The notes: generated by a model from the letters alone, not told the origin. Shown: positions 8,477 through 16,846, numbered from the stretch's first letter. The stretch is DNA of 47,581 nucleotides from Euryarchaeota archaeon UBA229 (GCA_002505355.1 DAUW01000076.1:970-48550), one strand, 5' to 3'. Translations and numbers: made by a program.

Positions 8477-10675
8477 ATGATGAGGACGAAATTACCTGTG
8501 ACAATGATATTAATAACGCTCCTTTCTGCAAGCCTTGCGGGCTGTGTTGGGAACGAAGATGAAGCGAGTACCTCAGCCTGTACCGGCGATGAGTTGAAAG
8601 TTGCCTTTGATGTGAAGGACGATTTAACACCAGAATCAATTGATAATCCAAACAGAATCGCCAGTTACCTGTGTGACAAGTTGGGTATGGATGTCACCAT
8701 ATATGACGTCGACAGCGCAGCATTAGCAATGGAGGCGCTAAGATTCGGCAATGCCGATATCGCCATGAACATTGACGGTGGACCAGCATGGGTTGGATGG
8801 AATGCCTACGACTTAGAGGTGATGGCTGCAGATACCAAGGATGACGGCAGAGCATTCTATAACGCACATGCCTGGGTTTTACAGGGTAGCGAAATGGAAA
8901 TTGCGCTCAATGACGGCGATGATAACACAGATCCGTTCGCCCTACTCGAGGGGAAGACCTCATGTCACACCGGCTGGTTGAAGTCTGCAGGAATGTTGAT
9001 GCCAATGGGATATTTGATTGGTAATGGCTACGTGAATGTTCAGGGAGACCTGTCAGATACAGAGACACTTAGAACGACTATCAGCGAATATTTTGACGGA
9101 TCAACCGGAAAAGGTAACCCGGCCTCAATCCCAGTAAGTGGCGGTCTGTATTCAGGCTATGCTGGAGCATTAGAATGCTTGAGTGAGGGCTATGGTGACG
9201 TGGCATTTGCTAAAGATTCAACAGTCGGCTCGTACTGTGATAACGAAGACGTCAACGATAATTCAGATTGGTGTTTGGACATAAGCCAGTACGTTCCGCT
9301 ACCAAAGTTTGGTTCCTCTCCATCCCACTCGGTAATGTACAATGAAGAGGTATTAGCTGAGGATAAAGAACAAGCTATCAAGGATGCCTTGGTTGAAATG
9401 AAGAATGATGAAGAAGGTCTAGCAATTTTACAAGAGGTTCTTGGTACTGATGCAATGGTCGCAACAAACTCCCAAGAACACCTTGGTACCTATGGTGCAG
9501 CATTGGAAAACATACCCGGGATTTCCACAAAATACGGTAATGCATTCGATGGTGGTAACGCCTTATCTGAAATCAAGTCAACAATAACCATAGCGTATTA
9601 CCTTGCTGAAGATTCATCAGCAAATGCCAACGCCATCGGTATGGCTGAGAGATTAGAGAATGAACTTGGAGTAAACGTAGAATTGTATGATGTTTCATCG
9701 GAAGGTATGATCATTCAAGCTCTAAGATTCGGCAATGCAGACATTGGTTTCATGGAGGGTGGTCCAGCATGGATTGCCTGGAAGGAGTATGATCTACAGG
9801 TCTTAGCAGTTGAAACAACAACTGCAGAGCGAGATACTTACTACAACGCAGCGGCATGGGTCCTAGCGAATAGTACTATGGCACAATATCACTTAGATGG
9901 TGATGCAACAACCGATCCATTTGCTGAGCTGGCTGGAAAAACCTCATGCCATACTGGTTGGTTGAAATCTGCGGGAATGTTAATGCCGATGGGTTACATG
10001 ATTGGTAATGGATATGTAACTCCAGTGGGAGATACTGAAGATATCAATTCGCTGAGAGACACCATCAACGGCCATTTTGACGGCTCAACAGGTGCAGGAA
10101 ATCCAGCATCTATCCCTGAAAGTGGTGGCTTATATTCTGGATATGCTGGGGCTCTTGAATGCTTGAGTGAAGGCTATGGTGATGTGGCATTTGCTAAAGG
10201 TGATGAATTCTCAACAGTTCACAAATATTGCGATAATGAAGATTCCAACGACAATTCTGATTGGTGTCTATCATTGGATCAGTACGTCCAACTACCTGCC
10301 TGGGGTTCTTCTCCAAGCCATCCAATAATGTACAACCCTGAAACACTTGATGTGAGAACTAGAAACGCAATCCTGAATACAATGCTTAGTTGGAATGATG
10401 AAATGTGGGTCCAAGATTACGAAATGAATGGAGTAAATTACACTGGCTGCTACAACACTGTAACAAATGTAGTTGCTGATATTCCTCAAGTACAATGTGG
10501 TGGGGAGATTCTTTCCACTGTCACCAGCAAAGGATATGGTCTTGCGGCAGGCAACAGCCAGAATCATTTAGGAAGCTATTCTGATTTGTTATCTGCAATA
10601 CCAGGTTTGTCAAAGTATTATCATGACGAGAAATACGGTATAACAGATGCTGCATCTGAAACTAGTGAGTCTTAG
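8477..10675 (+). CDS. Bilobal (tandemly duplicated) transferrin-like substrate-binding lipoprotein of an ABC importer
   Basis: Signal peptide plus lipobox (LLSASLAGC, Cys23). Two homologous halves are offset by 328 aa. Each half carries ALRFGNADI..(D/E)GGPAW, (F/Y)YNA.AWVL, GKTSCHTGWLKSAGMLMPMGY, GLYSGYAGALECLSEGYGDVAFAK and SSPSH, which are collinear with vertebrate transferrin lobe motifs. PhnC/PhnE-like genes follow. Confidence 0.85.
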   Translation: MMRTKLPVTMILITLLSASLAGCVGNEDEASTSACTGDELKVAFDVKDDLTPESIDNPNRIASYLCDKLGMDVTIYDVDSAALAMEALRFGNADIAMNIDGGPAWVGWNAYDLEVMAADTKDDGRAFYNAHAWVLQGSEMEIALNDGDDNTDPFALLEGKTSCHTGWLKSAGMLMPMGYLIGNGYVNVQGDLSDTETLRTTISEYFDGSTGKGNPASIPVSGGLYSGYAGALECLSEGYGDVAFAKDSTVGSYCDNEDVNDNSDWCLDISQYVPLPKFGSSPSHSVMYNEEVLAEDKEQAIKDALVEMKNDEEGLAILQEVLGTDAMVATNSQEHLGTYGAALENIPGISTKYGNAFDGGNALSEIKSTITIAYYLAEDSSANANAIGMAERLENELGVNVELYDVSSEGMIIQALRFGNADIGFMEGGPAWIAWKEYDLQVLAVETTTAERDTYYNAAAWVLANSTMAQYHLDGDATTDPFAELAGKTSCHTGWLKSAGMLMPMGYMIGNGYVTPVGDTEDINSLRDTINGHFDGSTGAGNPASIPESGGLYSGYAGALECLSEGYGDVAFAKGDEFSTVHKYCDNEDSNDNSDWCLSLDQYVQLPAWGSSPSHPIMYNPETLDVRTRNAILNTMLSWNDEMWVQDYEMNGVNYTGCYNTVTNVVADIPQVQCGGEILSTVTSKGYGLAAGNSQNHLGSYSDLLSAIPGLSKYYHDEKYGITDAASETSES

Positions 10676-10726
10676 TAGGGCAGTTGCTATATACACTCTG
10701 CTTGCCGCAAGGGATGGGGTGGATTT

Positions 10727-11443
10727 TTGGGGCGGCCTAAACCAGTGGATGAAATACCATTGTCCTCTAAATCAGAAGCTGGTTTAGACCCAATTATTCA
10801 ACTAAGGAAGCTCGAAATCGGCTATAATAAATCACTAGTAAGCAACATCAATGTTGACATCTACCCGGGTGATAGGATTGCCATTATCGGTCCATCTGGC
10901 GTAGGAAAGACCACATTGTTGCGCACAATCGCTGGTTTAATTGCGCCTGTTTCAGGTGAAATTGCGAACAGCTATACAGCTAGAGGCCAAATTGGATATA
11001 TTCCTCAAAAGTTAGGATTAGTTCGCCACAGTAGTGCCAAAAACAACATATTGTTGGGTGCACGCACCCGAAAATCAAGGTTCTATCCACCGTTCTTACG
11101 AATTGGTGAAACCCTCAACAAAGAAGTAGACCTACTGATCGATAAACTGGGAATCGCAAATATTTCGAACGAGCCAGTTAGAATATTGTCTGGTGGACAA
11201 CAACGACGGGTTGCAATCGCCAGAGCGCTTATTCAGAAGCCAAAAGTTGTCATTGCAGATGAGTTTCTAGGCGAGTTAGATGTAGCAAATATTGAATCGA
11301 TAATTGATATACTGCTAACTCAGTTGGAAAATATTGGAGCTACGTTAGTAATGGTTGAACATCAGGAAGACATTGCGCGAAGCATTGCGACAAGAATCTG
11401 GCGGATTGATGGTAACTCCATCACAGAGGAGTTGGTACCGTGA
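10727..11443 (+). CDS. ABC importer ATP-binding protein, PhnC-like
   Basis: Walker A GPSGVGKTT; NNILLGARTRKSRF block as in PhnC; signature LSGGQQRRVAIARAL; atypical Walker B VVIADEFLGELD; H-loop VEHQ. TTG start. The stop overlaps the next gene's GTG (GTGA at 11440-11443). Confidence 0.85.
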   Translation: MGRPKPVDEIPLSSKSEAGLDPIIQLRKLEIGYNKSLVSNINVDIYPGDRIAIIGPSGVGKTTLLRTIAGLIAPVSGEIANSYTARGQIGYIPQKLGLVRHSSAKNNILLGARTRKSRFYPPFLRIGETLNKEVDLLIDKLGIANISNEPVRILSGGQQRRVAIARALIQKPKVVIADEFLGELDVANIESIIDILLTQLENIGATLVMVEHQEDIARSIATRIWRIDGNSITEELVP

Positions 11444-12333
11444 ATAAAAAACTCCTTGCTAGCATAATTATCGTAATTTTGTTGACGCTTCTTGCAATCA
11501 ATGATGTTATTGGCAATTGGTCTGATATCGACGGCGGTTTCGAAAATTTGTATATTTTCTTTACAGAAGATCTATTTCCACCAGATTGGTCTATACTAGA
11601 AGCAGAACCAAATCTAGAGTGCAGTTCAGATATTGGCTTCTTTTGCTCTCAGGCATGGAAAGGTATCTCTGAAACAATACAAATGGCCTTTATTTCTACA
11701 GTTATTGGTTTCATCATCGCCTTACCGATTGCCTCACTAGCGGCAAATAACCTGTATCCTCTTCCTGTGGCAATGGTTGCGAGAGTTATTCTTGCCGGGC
11801 TGAGGAGCCTGCCAAGCATCATCTGGGCGCTAATCTTCACTATCGCGATCGGTTTTGGTCCATTATCCGGAGTTTTAGCGATGACGCTTTACACGATTGG
11901 ATACTTGGGTAAATTACAGTACGAAGGGATTGAAGGCATCGCCAACGAGCCTTTAGAGGCTTCAATGGCGATGGGATTAACGAGAAGTGAAAGGTTTGTT
12001 TTTGTCGTTATTCCCGAATCCAGCAACAACCTAATTAGTCAACTACTGTTTATGTTTGAGTACAATGTTAGACACGGTACCGTACTAGGTTTAGTTGGTG
12101 CAGGAGGAATCGGCAAATACATCGACACAAATCTTAAGTTCTTTATTTACGACAAAGCAATGGCATTCTTGATTGTGATATTTGTTGTTGTGGTAATCAT
12201 AGACATACTATCGATGATTATTCGCTCCTATGTAACCGACGAGAGTGACTTCAAGCGGCCAAAGTGGTGGACAGTGTTACTACCAAGCGATGCAGCAATG
12301 AAACTTCACCAGCGTAATGGTCATCAAGATTAG
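11440..12333 (+). CDS. ABC importer permease, PhnE-like
   Basis: 297-aa polytopic ORF with an EAA-type loop EASMAMGLTRSERFVFVVIPES and the overall PhnE layout. Translationally coupled to the ATPase gene. Confidence 0.85.
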   Translation: MNKKLLASIIIVILLTLLAINDVIGNWSDIDGGFENLYIFFTEDLFPPDWSILEAEPNLECSSDIGFFCSQAWKGISETIQMAFISTVIGFIIALPIASLAANNLYPLPVAMVARVILAGLRSLPSIIWALIFTIAIGFGPLSGVLAMTLYTIGYLGKLQYEGIEGIANEPLEASMAMGLTRSERFVFVVIPESSNNLISQLLFMFEYNVRHGTVLGLVGAGGIGKYIDTNLKFFIYDKAMAFLIVIFVVVVIIDILSMIIRSYVTDESDFKRPKWWTVLLPSDAAMKLHQRNGHQD

Positions 12334-12576
12334 TTATTCTGCTGCGATGTGGACAGCACCCGATTTGTAGAATACTTGAATCCGGTCAGGAACTTTTCTT
12401 GTTAGTGCAGCTACTGCCTCGTAGATTTCATCTTTCTTAACCTTGAATGCCTTGGCGGCACTGGCAGTAGACCACGGAACTGTTTCAAAGTCAGATTGTC
12501 GGATCCATTCAAACAGTCGTGCCTCGAGTTCGCTCAATTCATCCGCCATGATGTCCCCTATGGCAATGTTATACAA
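12334..12576 (-). CDS. Small (~71-80 aa) hypothetical protein, possibly a winged-helix fold
   Basis: The ORF lies directly downstream of gpsA on the same strand. The likely start is the ATG at 12549 (MADELSELEARLFEWIRQ...). A helix-helix-helix-strand pattern is judged by eye; no family recognised. Confidence 0.4.
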   Translation of the reverse strand: MYNIAIGDIMADELSELEARLFEWIRQSDFETVPWSTASAAKAFKVKKDEIYEAVAALTRKVPDRIQVFYKSGAVHIAAE

Positions 12577-12598
12577 AACAACACCGACGGTTCGCCGT

Positions 12599-13597
12599 CT
12601 AGTTCAAACCAACAATTCTACGACAGCATTCCTCTGCGTCAATCTCACCATCAAGTAGTGAGTTGATAGCGCGGGTGAATGGCACACTTATCCCTTCGTC
12701 GTTTGCGCGCATAATGAACATTCTAGCTGCTCTAACCCCTTCAGCCACCATGGTCATTTCTGCGAGTGCCTCATCGACTGTGAGACCCGTGCCCAACTTT
12801 TCCCCCATGCTTCGATTTCTCCCATATGGAGAAGTTGCCGTGACGTAAAGATCGCCCAAACCTGCTGGACCAAACGCAACCTCTGCTTTTGCACCAAGTT
12901 GCGGTAACAATAGGCATCCTTCTTTGAAGCCTGCCATGAATATAGCTGCTTTTAGGTTGTCACCACCAAGCGTACCGACTTTTTTCAAACCATCAACTAG
13001 ACCACATGTCAGAGCAATTACGTTCTTGAAAGCACCCCATAATTCTGCGCCGACTGGGTCAGACGCTGCATGAAGAATGAAGGTTTGAGTAGTTAGCGTT
13101 TCAGCTAATCGCTTAGCAACAGATTCATCCTCACTTGCCACGAGTGCGGTGGTAATGACTCCTCCAGCAGCCTCCGGCGCAATTGTCGGTCCGGTAACCA
13201 CGGCCAATGGATTGTTTTTTTCCGCTGAGTTGAGTTTTTCGTGAATTGCTTGTGAAATCAAACGCTTGCCTGGAGCAAGGCCTTTTGCCAGATCGATAAG
13301 CACGTGGCCAGGCCTTAGATGAGGTATTATTTGATCGACAACATCTAAGATTACTGAGGATGGAATCGCTAACACAACTATCTCAACCCCCTCTAGTGCC
13401 TCATCGATATGCATTGTAGCCTCTAAACCTTCAACAGGGTGATCTGGTAGGTATTTTTTGTTAATCCCGTCCATTACTACGGACTCATAAACTTCTTGTT
13501 CGATGGTCCAACCTTTGACTTTGTGACCTTCCAATAACCACATTCTTGCCACTGCAGTGCCCCAATTTCCAAGGCCTAGAATTGCAATATGCGCCAT
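12599..13597 (-). CDS. gpsA: NAD(P)H-dependent sn-glycerol-3-phosphate dehydrogenase
   Basis: N-terminal IAILGLGNWGTAVA dinucleotide fold; NVIALTCGLVDGL; GDLYVTATSPYGRNRSMGEKLG; 332 aa. All are typical of GpsA. Confidence 0.9.
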   Translation of the reverse strand: MAHIAILGLGNWGTAVARMWLLEGHKVKGWTIEQEVYESVVMDGINKKYLPDHPVEGLEATMHIDEALEGVEIVVLAIPSSVILDVVDQIIPHLRPGHVLIDLAKGLAPGKRLISQAIHEKLNSAEKNNPLAVVTGPTIAPEAAGGVITTALVASEDESVAKRLAETLTTQTFILHAASDPVGAELWGAFKNVIALTCGLVDGLKKVGTLGGDNLKAAIFMAGFKEGCLLLPQLGAKAEVAFGPAGLGDLYVTATSPYGRNRSMGEKLGTGLTVDEALAEMTMVAEGVRAARMFIMRANDEGISVPFTRAINSLLDGEIDAEECCRRIVGLN

Positions 13598-13691
13598 GTA
13601 TATCGAGTCTACGATATGGTTAGTGCTTATGTTAATTGTTGCTCAAGCAGACCTAAACTAGTGATTTACCAACTCATTGAGAGTATTGAAT

Positions 13692-14894
13692 TCAAAAAAG
13701 GTCGTCGTCTTCTTCGTCAAAGTCAAAGACATCATCATCTGGTTTCGCTTCAGTTTTCTTGGCCTTGGTTGGTTTTGCTTTCGACTTCGCCGGTTCTTTC
13801 TCTGCTTTTTTGGGCGGCGCCTCTGGCGATTTTTCAGCTTTAGCAGCCTTTTCGGCTGCTGCCTTCTGTTTCATCTCTGCGGTTGCTGCTTGGGTTCTCG
13901 CACTGGCGATTTCCAATTCTCGAGCTTTGATTTCTTCTGCCGAGCGACCCGTTTGAGCAGCAAGACTTCTGCGGCGGTCTTCACGGGCTTTACGTTCGAG
14001 CTGCTTGTGCCTTGCTTTCTCGATATTTTGTAGCATATACATTGCATCATGCTCTAGCAATGGTGAATCTGAAATTAGAGTAATGTCTAGCCATCCACCT
14101 TCTTCGACAATAAATTCAGCCAGGGGTTCGAAGTTGAGGTCGGATTTTTTAATCTGCGTGTAATGCATTGCGTTACCAGTTCGATGTTCTACACCGGAAA
14201 AGTGGCAATAAAATTCTTTGGTTCCAATGGTTTCGCGCACAAGATCAAACATCTCTCCGTAATCCTCAGATGTTCGCATACTACCATGACCTCTCGAATG
14301 GATGTGCGCAATGTTTAGCACCGGCACCGTCCCCTCGACGTGGTTGACTACCTCGAGAACTTCTTCGAGACTACCCCACAATTCCTGCCGGCCGGACGTT
14401 TCAATGCCGATTTTTGACGGAGTTCCGTCTTTTAGCCACGGGAATACCGGATAAACATCTTCATCATCATGCCATATCTCGTGGACTCTATCAACAATCC
14501 CAGCAAATACATTGGCCAGTTGTTCATTTGCTGCTCTCCCTCGACCCATCTCGCCGTAGTGACCTGCATGGAGTGTTATATGTCGGGCATTAATCGTTTT
14601 AGCCGCTTGTAGAGTAGACTCAATTTTTGTCAAAGAGCGCCCTCTTTCAACACGGTCACCAAGAAGTTCTGAATAATAGGGTCCGTGGATGTTCATTTCA
14701 AATTCAGTTTTGTTTGCCAAAACCCCAGCTTGCCAGTATTGTTCAAAATGCTGGGGAGCAATCATCCTAACGGTTTGAACTTCCATGGTTTCTAAGCCAA
14801 GAGAGATGATGTCGTCCATTCCTTCGACAATTGTTCGCCCTTTGCATGATAACGGAATTCCTGCTGGACCTAATCTCACCGACAACAAACCCAC
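13692..14894 (-). CDS. Endonuclease IV-like / xylose-isomerase-like TIM-barrel protein with a Lys/Ala/Glu-rich C-terminal tail
   Basis: Residues 1-290 have His/Glu metal-site-like blocks (NIHGPYY, ITLHAGHYG, IGIETSG, LNIAHIHSRGHG, FYCHFSGVEH). Residues 295-385 are KAAAEKAAKAEKSPEAPPKKAEKEPAKSKAKPTKAKK. The tip is DDDVFDFDEEDDDLF. Confidence 0.6.
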   Translation of the reverse strand: MGLLSVRLGPAGIPLSCKGRTIVEGMDDIISLGLETMEVQTVRMIAPQHFEQYWQAGVLANKTEFEMNIHGPYYSELLGDRVERGRSLTKIESTLQAAKTINARHITLHAGHYGEMGRGRAANEQLANVFAGIVDRVHEIWHDDEDVYPVFPWLKDGTPSKIGIETSGRQELWGSLEEVLEVVNHVEGTVPVLNIAHIHSRGHGSMRTSEDYGEMFDLVRETIGTKEFYCHFSGVEHRTGNAMHYTQIKKSDLNFEPLAEFIVEEGGWLDITLISDSPLLEHDAMYMLQNIEKARHKQLERKAREDRRRSLAAQTGRSAEEIKARELEIASARTQAATAEMKQKAAAEKAAKAEKSPEAPPKKAEKEPAKSKAKPTKAKKTEAKPDDDVFDFDEEDDDLF

Positions 14895-15027
14895 CCCGCA
14901 GGTTCAAGCCAACGGTCACCTAATGATAAGACCTTTCCGTTATTAGGACAAAAAATCCCGGGAAAAGGCAAATTTGCAGTTATGATGATATGCGACACTT
15001 CATGAATGAGAGGTTCAACCCGCAGCC

Positions 15028-15741
15028 ATGAGCAATTCAATCGAAGCGGCCATCGATGCTTTTGCCAATGGCTTACCAGTATGTTTGTTTGACTCCGAAA
15101 AACGGGAAGGTGAAACAGATTTACTATTTTCTGCCCAACATGCCACACCCGCTACAATGCGACAACTCCGGCAAGACTGTGGCGGTTTGCTGTTTCTAGC
15201 AATTGGTCACGAAGTTGGCGAGAAATTTGGTCTGCCTTTCCTACAAGATTTACATACCCAACCGGAACTTGTTTCCAAGTTTGATGTGCTAGAGCAGTTA
15301 GTCACCAATGATTTACGGTATGACGCCCGCTCAGCGTTCACTTTATCGCTCAATCACCGTGAAACCTACACAGGAATTACTGACAAAGATCGCAGTCTCA
15401 CAACACGAAGATTCGCAGAGTTGACCAGCGAGGTTTTTTCCAGTAACCTCTCGCCAGAAGCCGCAAAAAAGTTGCTTGGCAGTGAATTCAGAACTCCTGG
15501 GCACATTCCTGTGTGCCGAGAGACCGAGGGCGGTCTAACCCGTCGTCAGGGTCATACTGAGTTGGCGGTCGGACTTGCTAGGTTGGCTAACGTATCTCCA
15601 GTGGTAATCGGTGCTGAAATGCTTGAACCAGACGGCGACTTGGCCTTGTCAGTAGATGCTGCTAAATCATGGGCAGAAACTCGTAACATTCCGTTCCTTG
15701 AGGGAGCGGACATTATCCATGCTTTGGCTGAGATGAGTTAA
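15028..15741 (+). CDS. ribB: 3,4-dihydroxy-2-butanone 4-phosphate synthase, archaeal type
   Basis: IEAAIDAFANGLPVCLFDSEKREGETDLLFSAQ, FRTPGHIP and RQGHTELAV, in a 237-aa protein. It closely follows the Methanocaldococcus RibB pattern as I recall it. Confidence 0.92.
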   Translation: MSNSIEAAIDAFANGLPVCLFDSEKREGETDLLFSAQHATPATMRQLRQDCGGLLFLAIGHEVGEKFGLPFLQDLHTQPELVSKFDVLEQLVTNDLRYDARSAFTLSLNHRETYTGITDKDRSLTTRRFAELTSEVFSSNLSPEAAKKLLGSEFRTPGHIPVCRETEGGLTRRQGHTELAVGLARLANVSPVVIGAEMLEPDGDLALSVDAAKSWAETRNIPFLEGADIIHALAEMS

Positions 15742-15778
15742 TCGGTAGTATCATCAGTAACAACTAACAGGAATATCT

Positions 15779-15785
15779 GGAGAGG
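15779..15785 (+). promoter_or_regulatory. Shine-Dalgarno-like site for ribL
   Basis: GGAGAGG lies 5 nt upstream of the ATG at 15791. Confidence 0.5.
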
Positions 15786-15790
15786 AACTC

Positions 15791-16225
15791 ATGAGAGTCA
15801 TGGCGGTTGGAGTTTTCGATTTACTCCATGCTGGACATCTTCATTATTTAGAGCAAGCAAAGGCATTAGGAGACCATCTAACCGTTGTCGTCGCTCACGA
15901 CGATACGGTTCGAATACGGAAACACGAACCAGTTACCAACCACGACCTACGCAGGCGCATGGTTGAAGGACTAAAGCCAGTAGATGAAGCAATAATCGGC
16001 AATTCACCAGATGTTTCGATCTATGATATTCTTCCAAAAGTAGACCCTGACATCATTGCCTTGGGCTATGACCAAGAGCATGCAGAAGATGCTATTAAGC
16101 ATAAATTACAAGATTTAGGTCACAGAAAAATTACAGTTACTAGGGTCGCAGGACTTTCTGATGACTTAGATGGGACTAGGAAGATAATTGCCCGTATTCT
16201 TGAATTATCCCAAAATAAAGCTTGA
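15791..16225 (+). CDS. ribL: FAD synthetase (FMN adenylyltransferase), archaeal RibL type
   Basis: Cytidylyltransferase-fold N-terminus VGVFDLLHAGHLHYLEQAKALGDHLTVVVAHDDTV, plus LKPVDEAIIG and PDIIALGYDQ. 144 aa, located inside a riboflavin operon. Confidence 0.88.
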   Translation: MRVMAVGVFDLLHAGHLHYLEQAKALGDHLTVVVAHDDTVRIRKHEPVTNHDLRRRMVEGLKPVDEAIIGNSPDVSIYDILPKVDPDIIALGYDQEHAEDAIKHKLQDLGHRKITVTRVAGLSDDLDGTRKIIARILELSQNKA

Positions 16226-16234
16226 GGAATAGAC

Positions 16235-16846
16235 ATGTTCACTGGAATTGTTCAAGGAATTGGCGAGATCATCGCAACCACTGAGAAGAATACCGTGACC
16301 TCCTATGCAATAAGGTTGCCAAATGTCGAAGGGCTTGTTATTGGTGCTAGCGTTTCTATCAACGGTGTCTGTCTTACAGTCGTTGCTATTGATGCCGATA
16401 TCGTGCAGTTTGATATCATCAAGGAGACGTTGGAACGGACAAATTTAGGAGATTTGTCGGTTGGTGATGTCGTTAATATCGAACGGTCGTTGAAATTTGG
16501 TGATGAAGTTGGCGGGCATATATTGTCAGGGCATATTTTTGCTACTGGTGTTATCTCGACCAAATCCAAGACGGGCGACCAGATGTCGTTGAAGATAAAA
16601 TCCCCGCCAGTAATTGAAAAATATCTTACCGAAAAAGGCTATATTGCCATTGACGGCATATCATTGACCGTTGGAAAAGTTGAGGCTGGTTACTTCGATT
16701 TGCACATTATACCGGAAACGATGAGATTGACTACTCTAGACGCAAAAATAGTTGGAGATTTAGTCAATATTGAGATTGACAGTAATACTCAGTTGATTGT
16801 GGAAACGATAGAGAGATTATTACAAGAAAGGAGTGACCAGATATGA
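16235..16846 (+). CDS. ribE: Riboflavin synthase (bacterial/eukaryotic two-barrel alpha-chain type)
   Basis: MFTGIVQGIGEI N-terminus with internal duplication (SVSINGVCLTV / IAIDGISLTV; ETLERTNLG / ETMRLTTL). 203 aa. GAGGA lies 6 nt upstream of the ATG. Confidence 0.92.
   Translation: MFTGIVQGIGEIIATTEKNTVTSYAIRLPNVEGLVIGASVSINGVCLTVVAIDADIVQFDIIKETLERTNLGDLSVGDVVNIERSLKFGDEVGGHILSGHIFATGVISTKSKTGDQMSLKIKSPPVIEKYLTEKGYIAIDGISLTVGKVEAGYFDLHIIPETMRLTTLDAKIVGDLVNIEIDSNTQLIVETIERLLQERSDQI

Noticed and set aside
8477-12333. Calling this operon a phosphonate transporter (phnDCE) because the ATPase and permease are PhnC/PhnE-like
   Set aside because: The binding protein carries the transferrin lobe motifs and iron/carbonate ligand set twice, so substrate inference from the PhnC/PhnE partners alone is unsafe. 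I kept the PhnC/PhnE-like family calls but left gene symbols blank.
14895-15027. Possible FMN (RFN) riboswitch in the 133-nt spacer upstream of ribB. The short motif AGGTTCAA with flanking CCGCAG occurs at both ends of the spacer.
   Set aside because: I could not find the conserved RFN core stretches, the spacer is shorter than typical RFN elements, and FMN riboswitches are not expected in archaea. The repeated 8-mer is too short to interpret.
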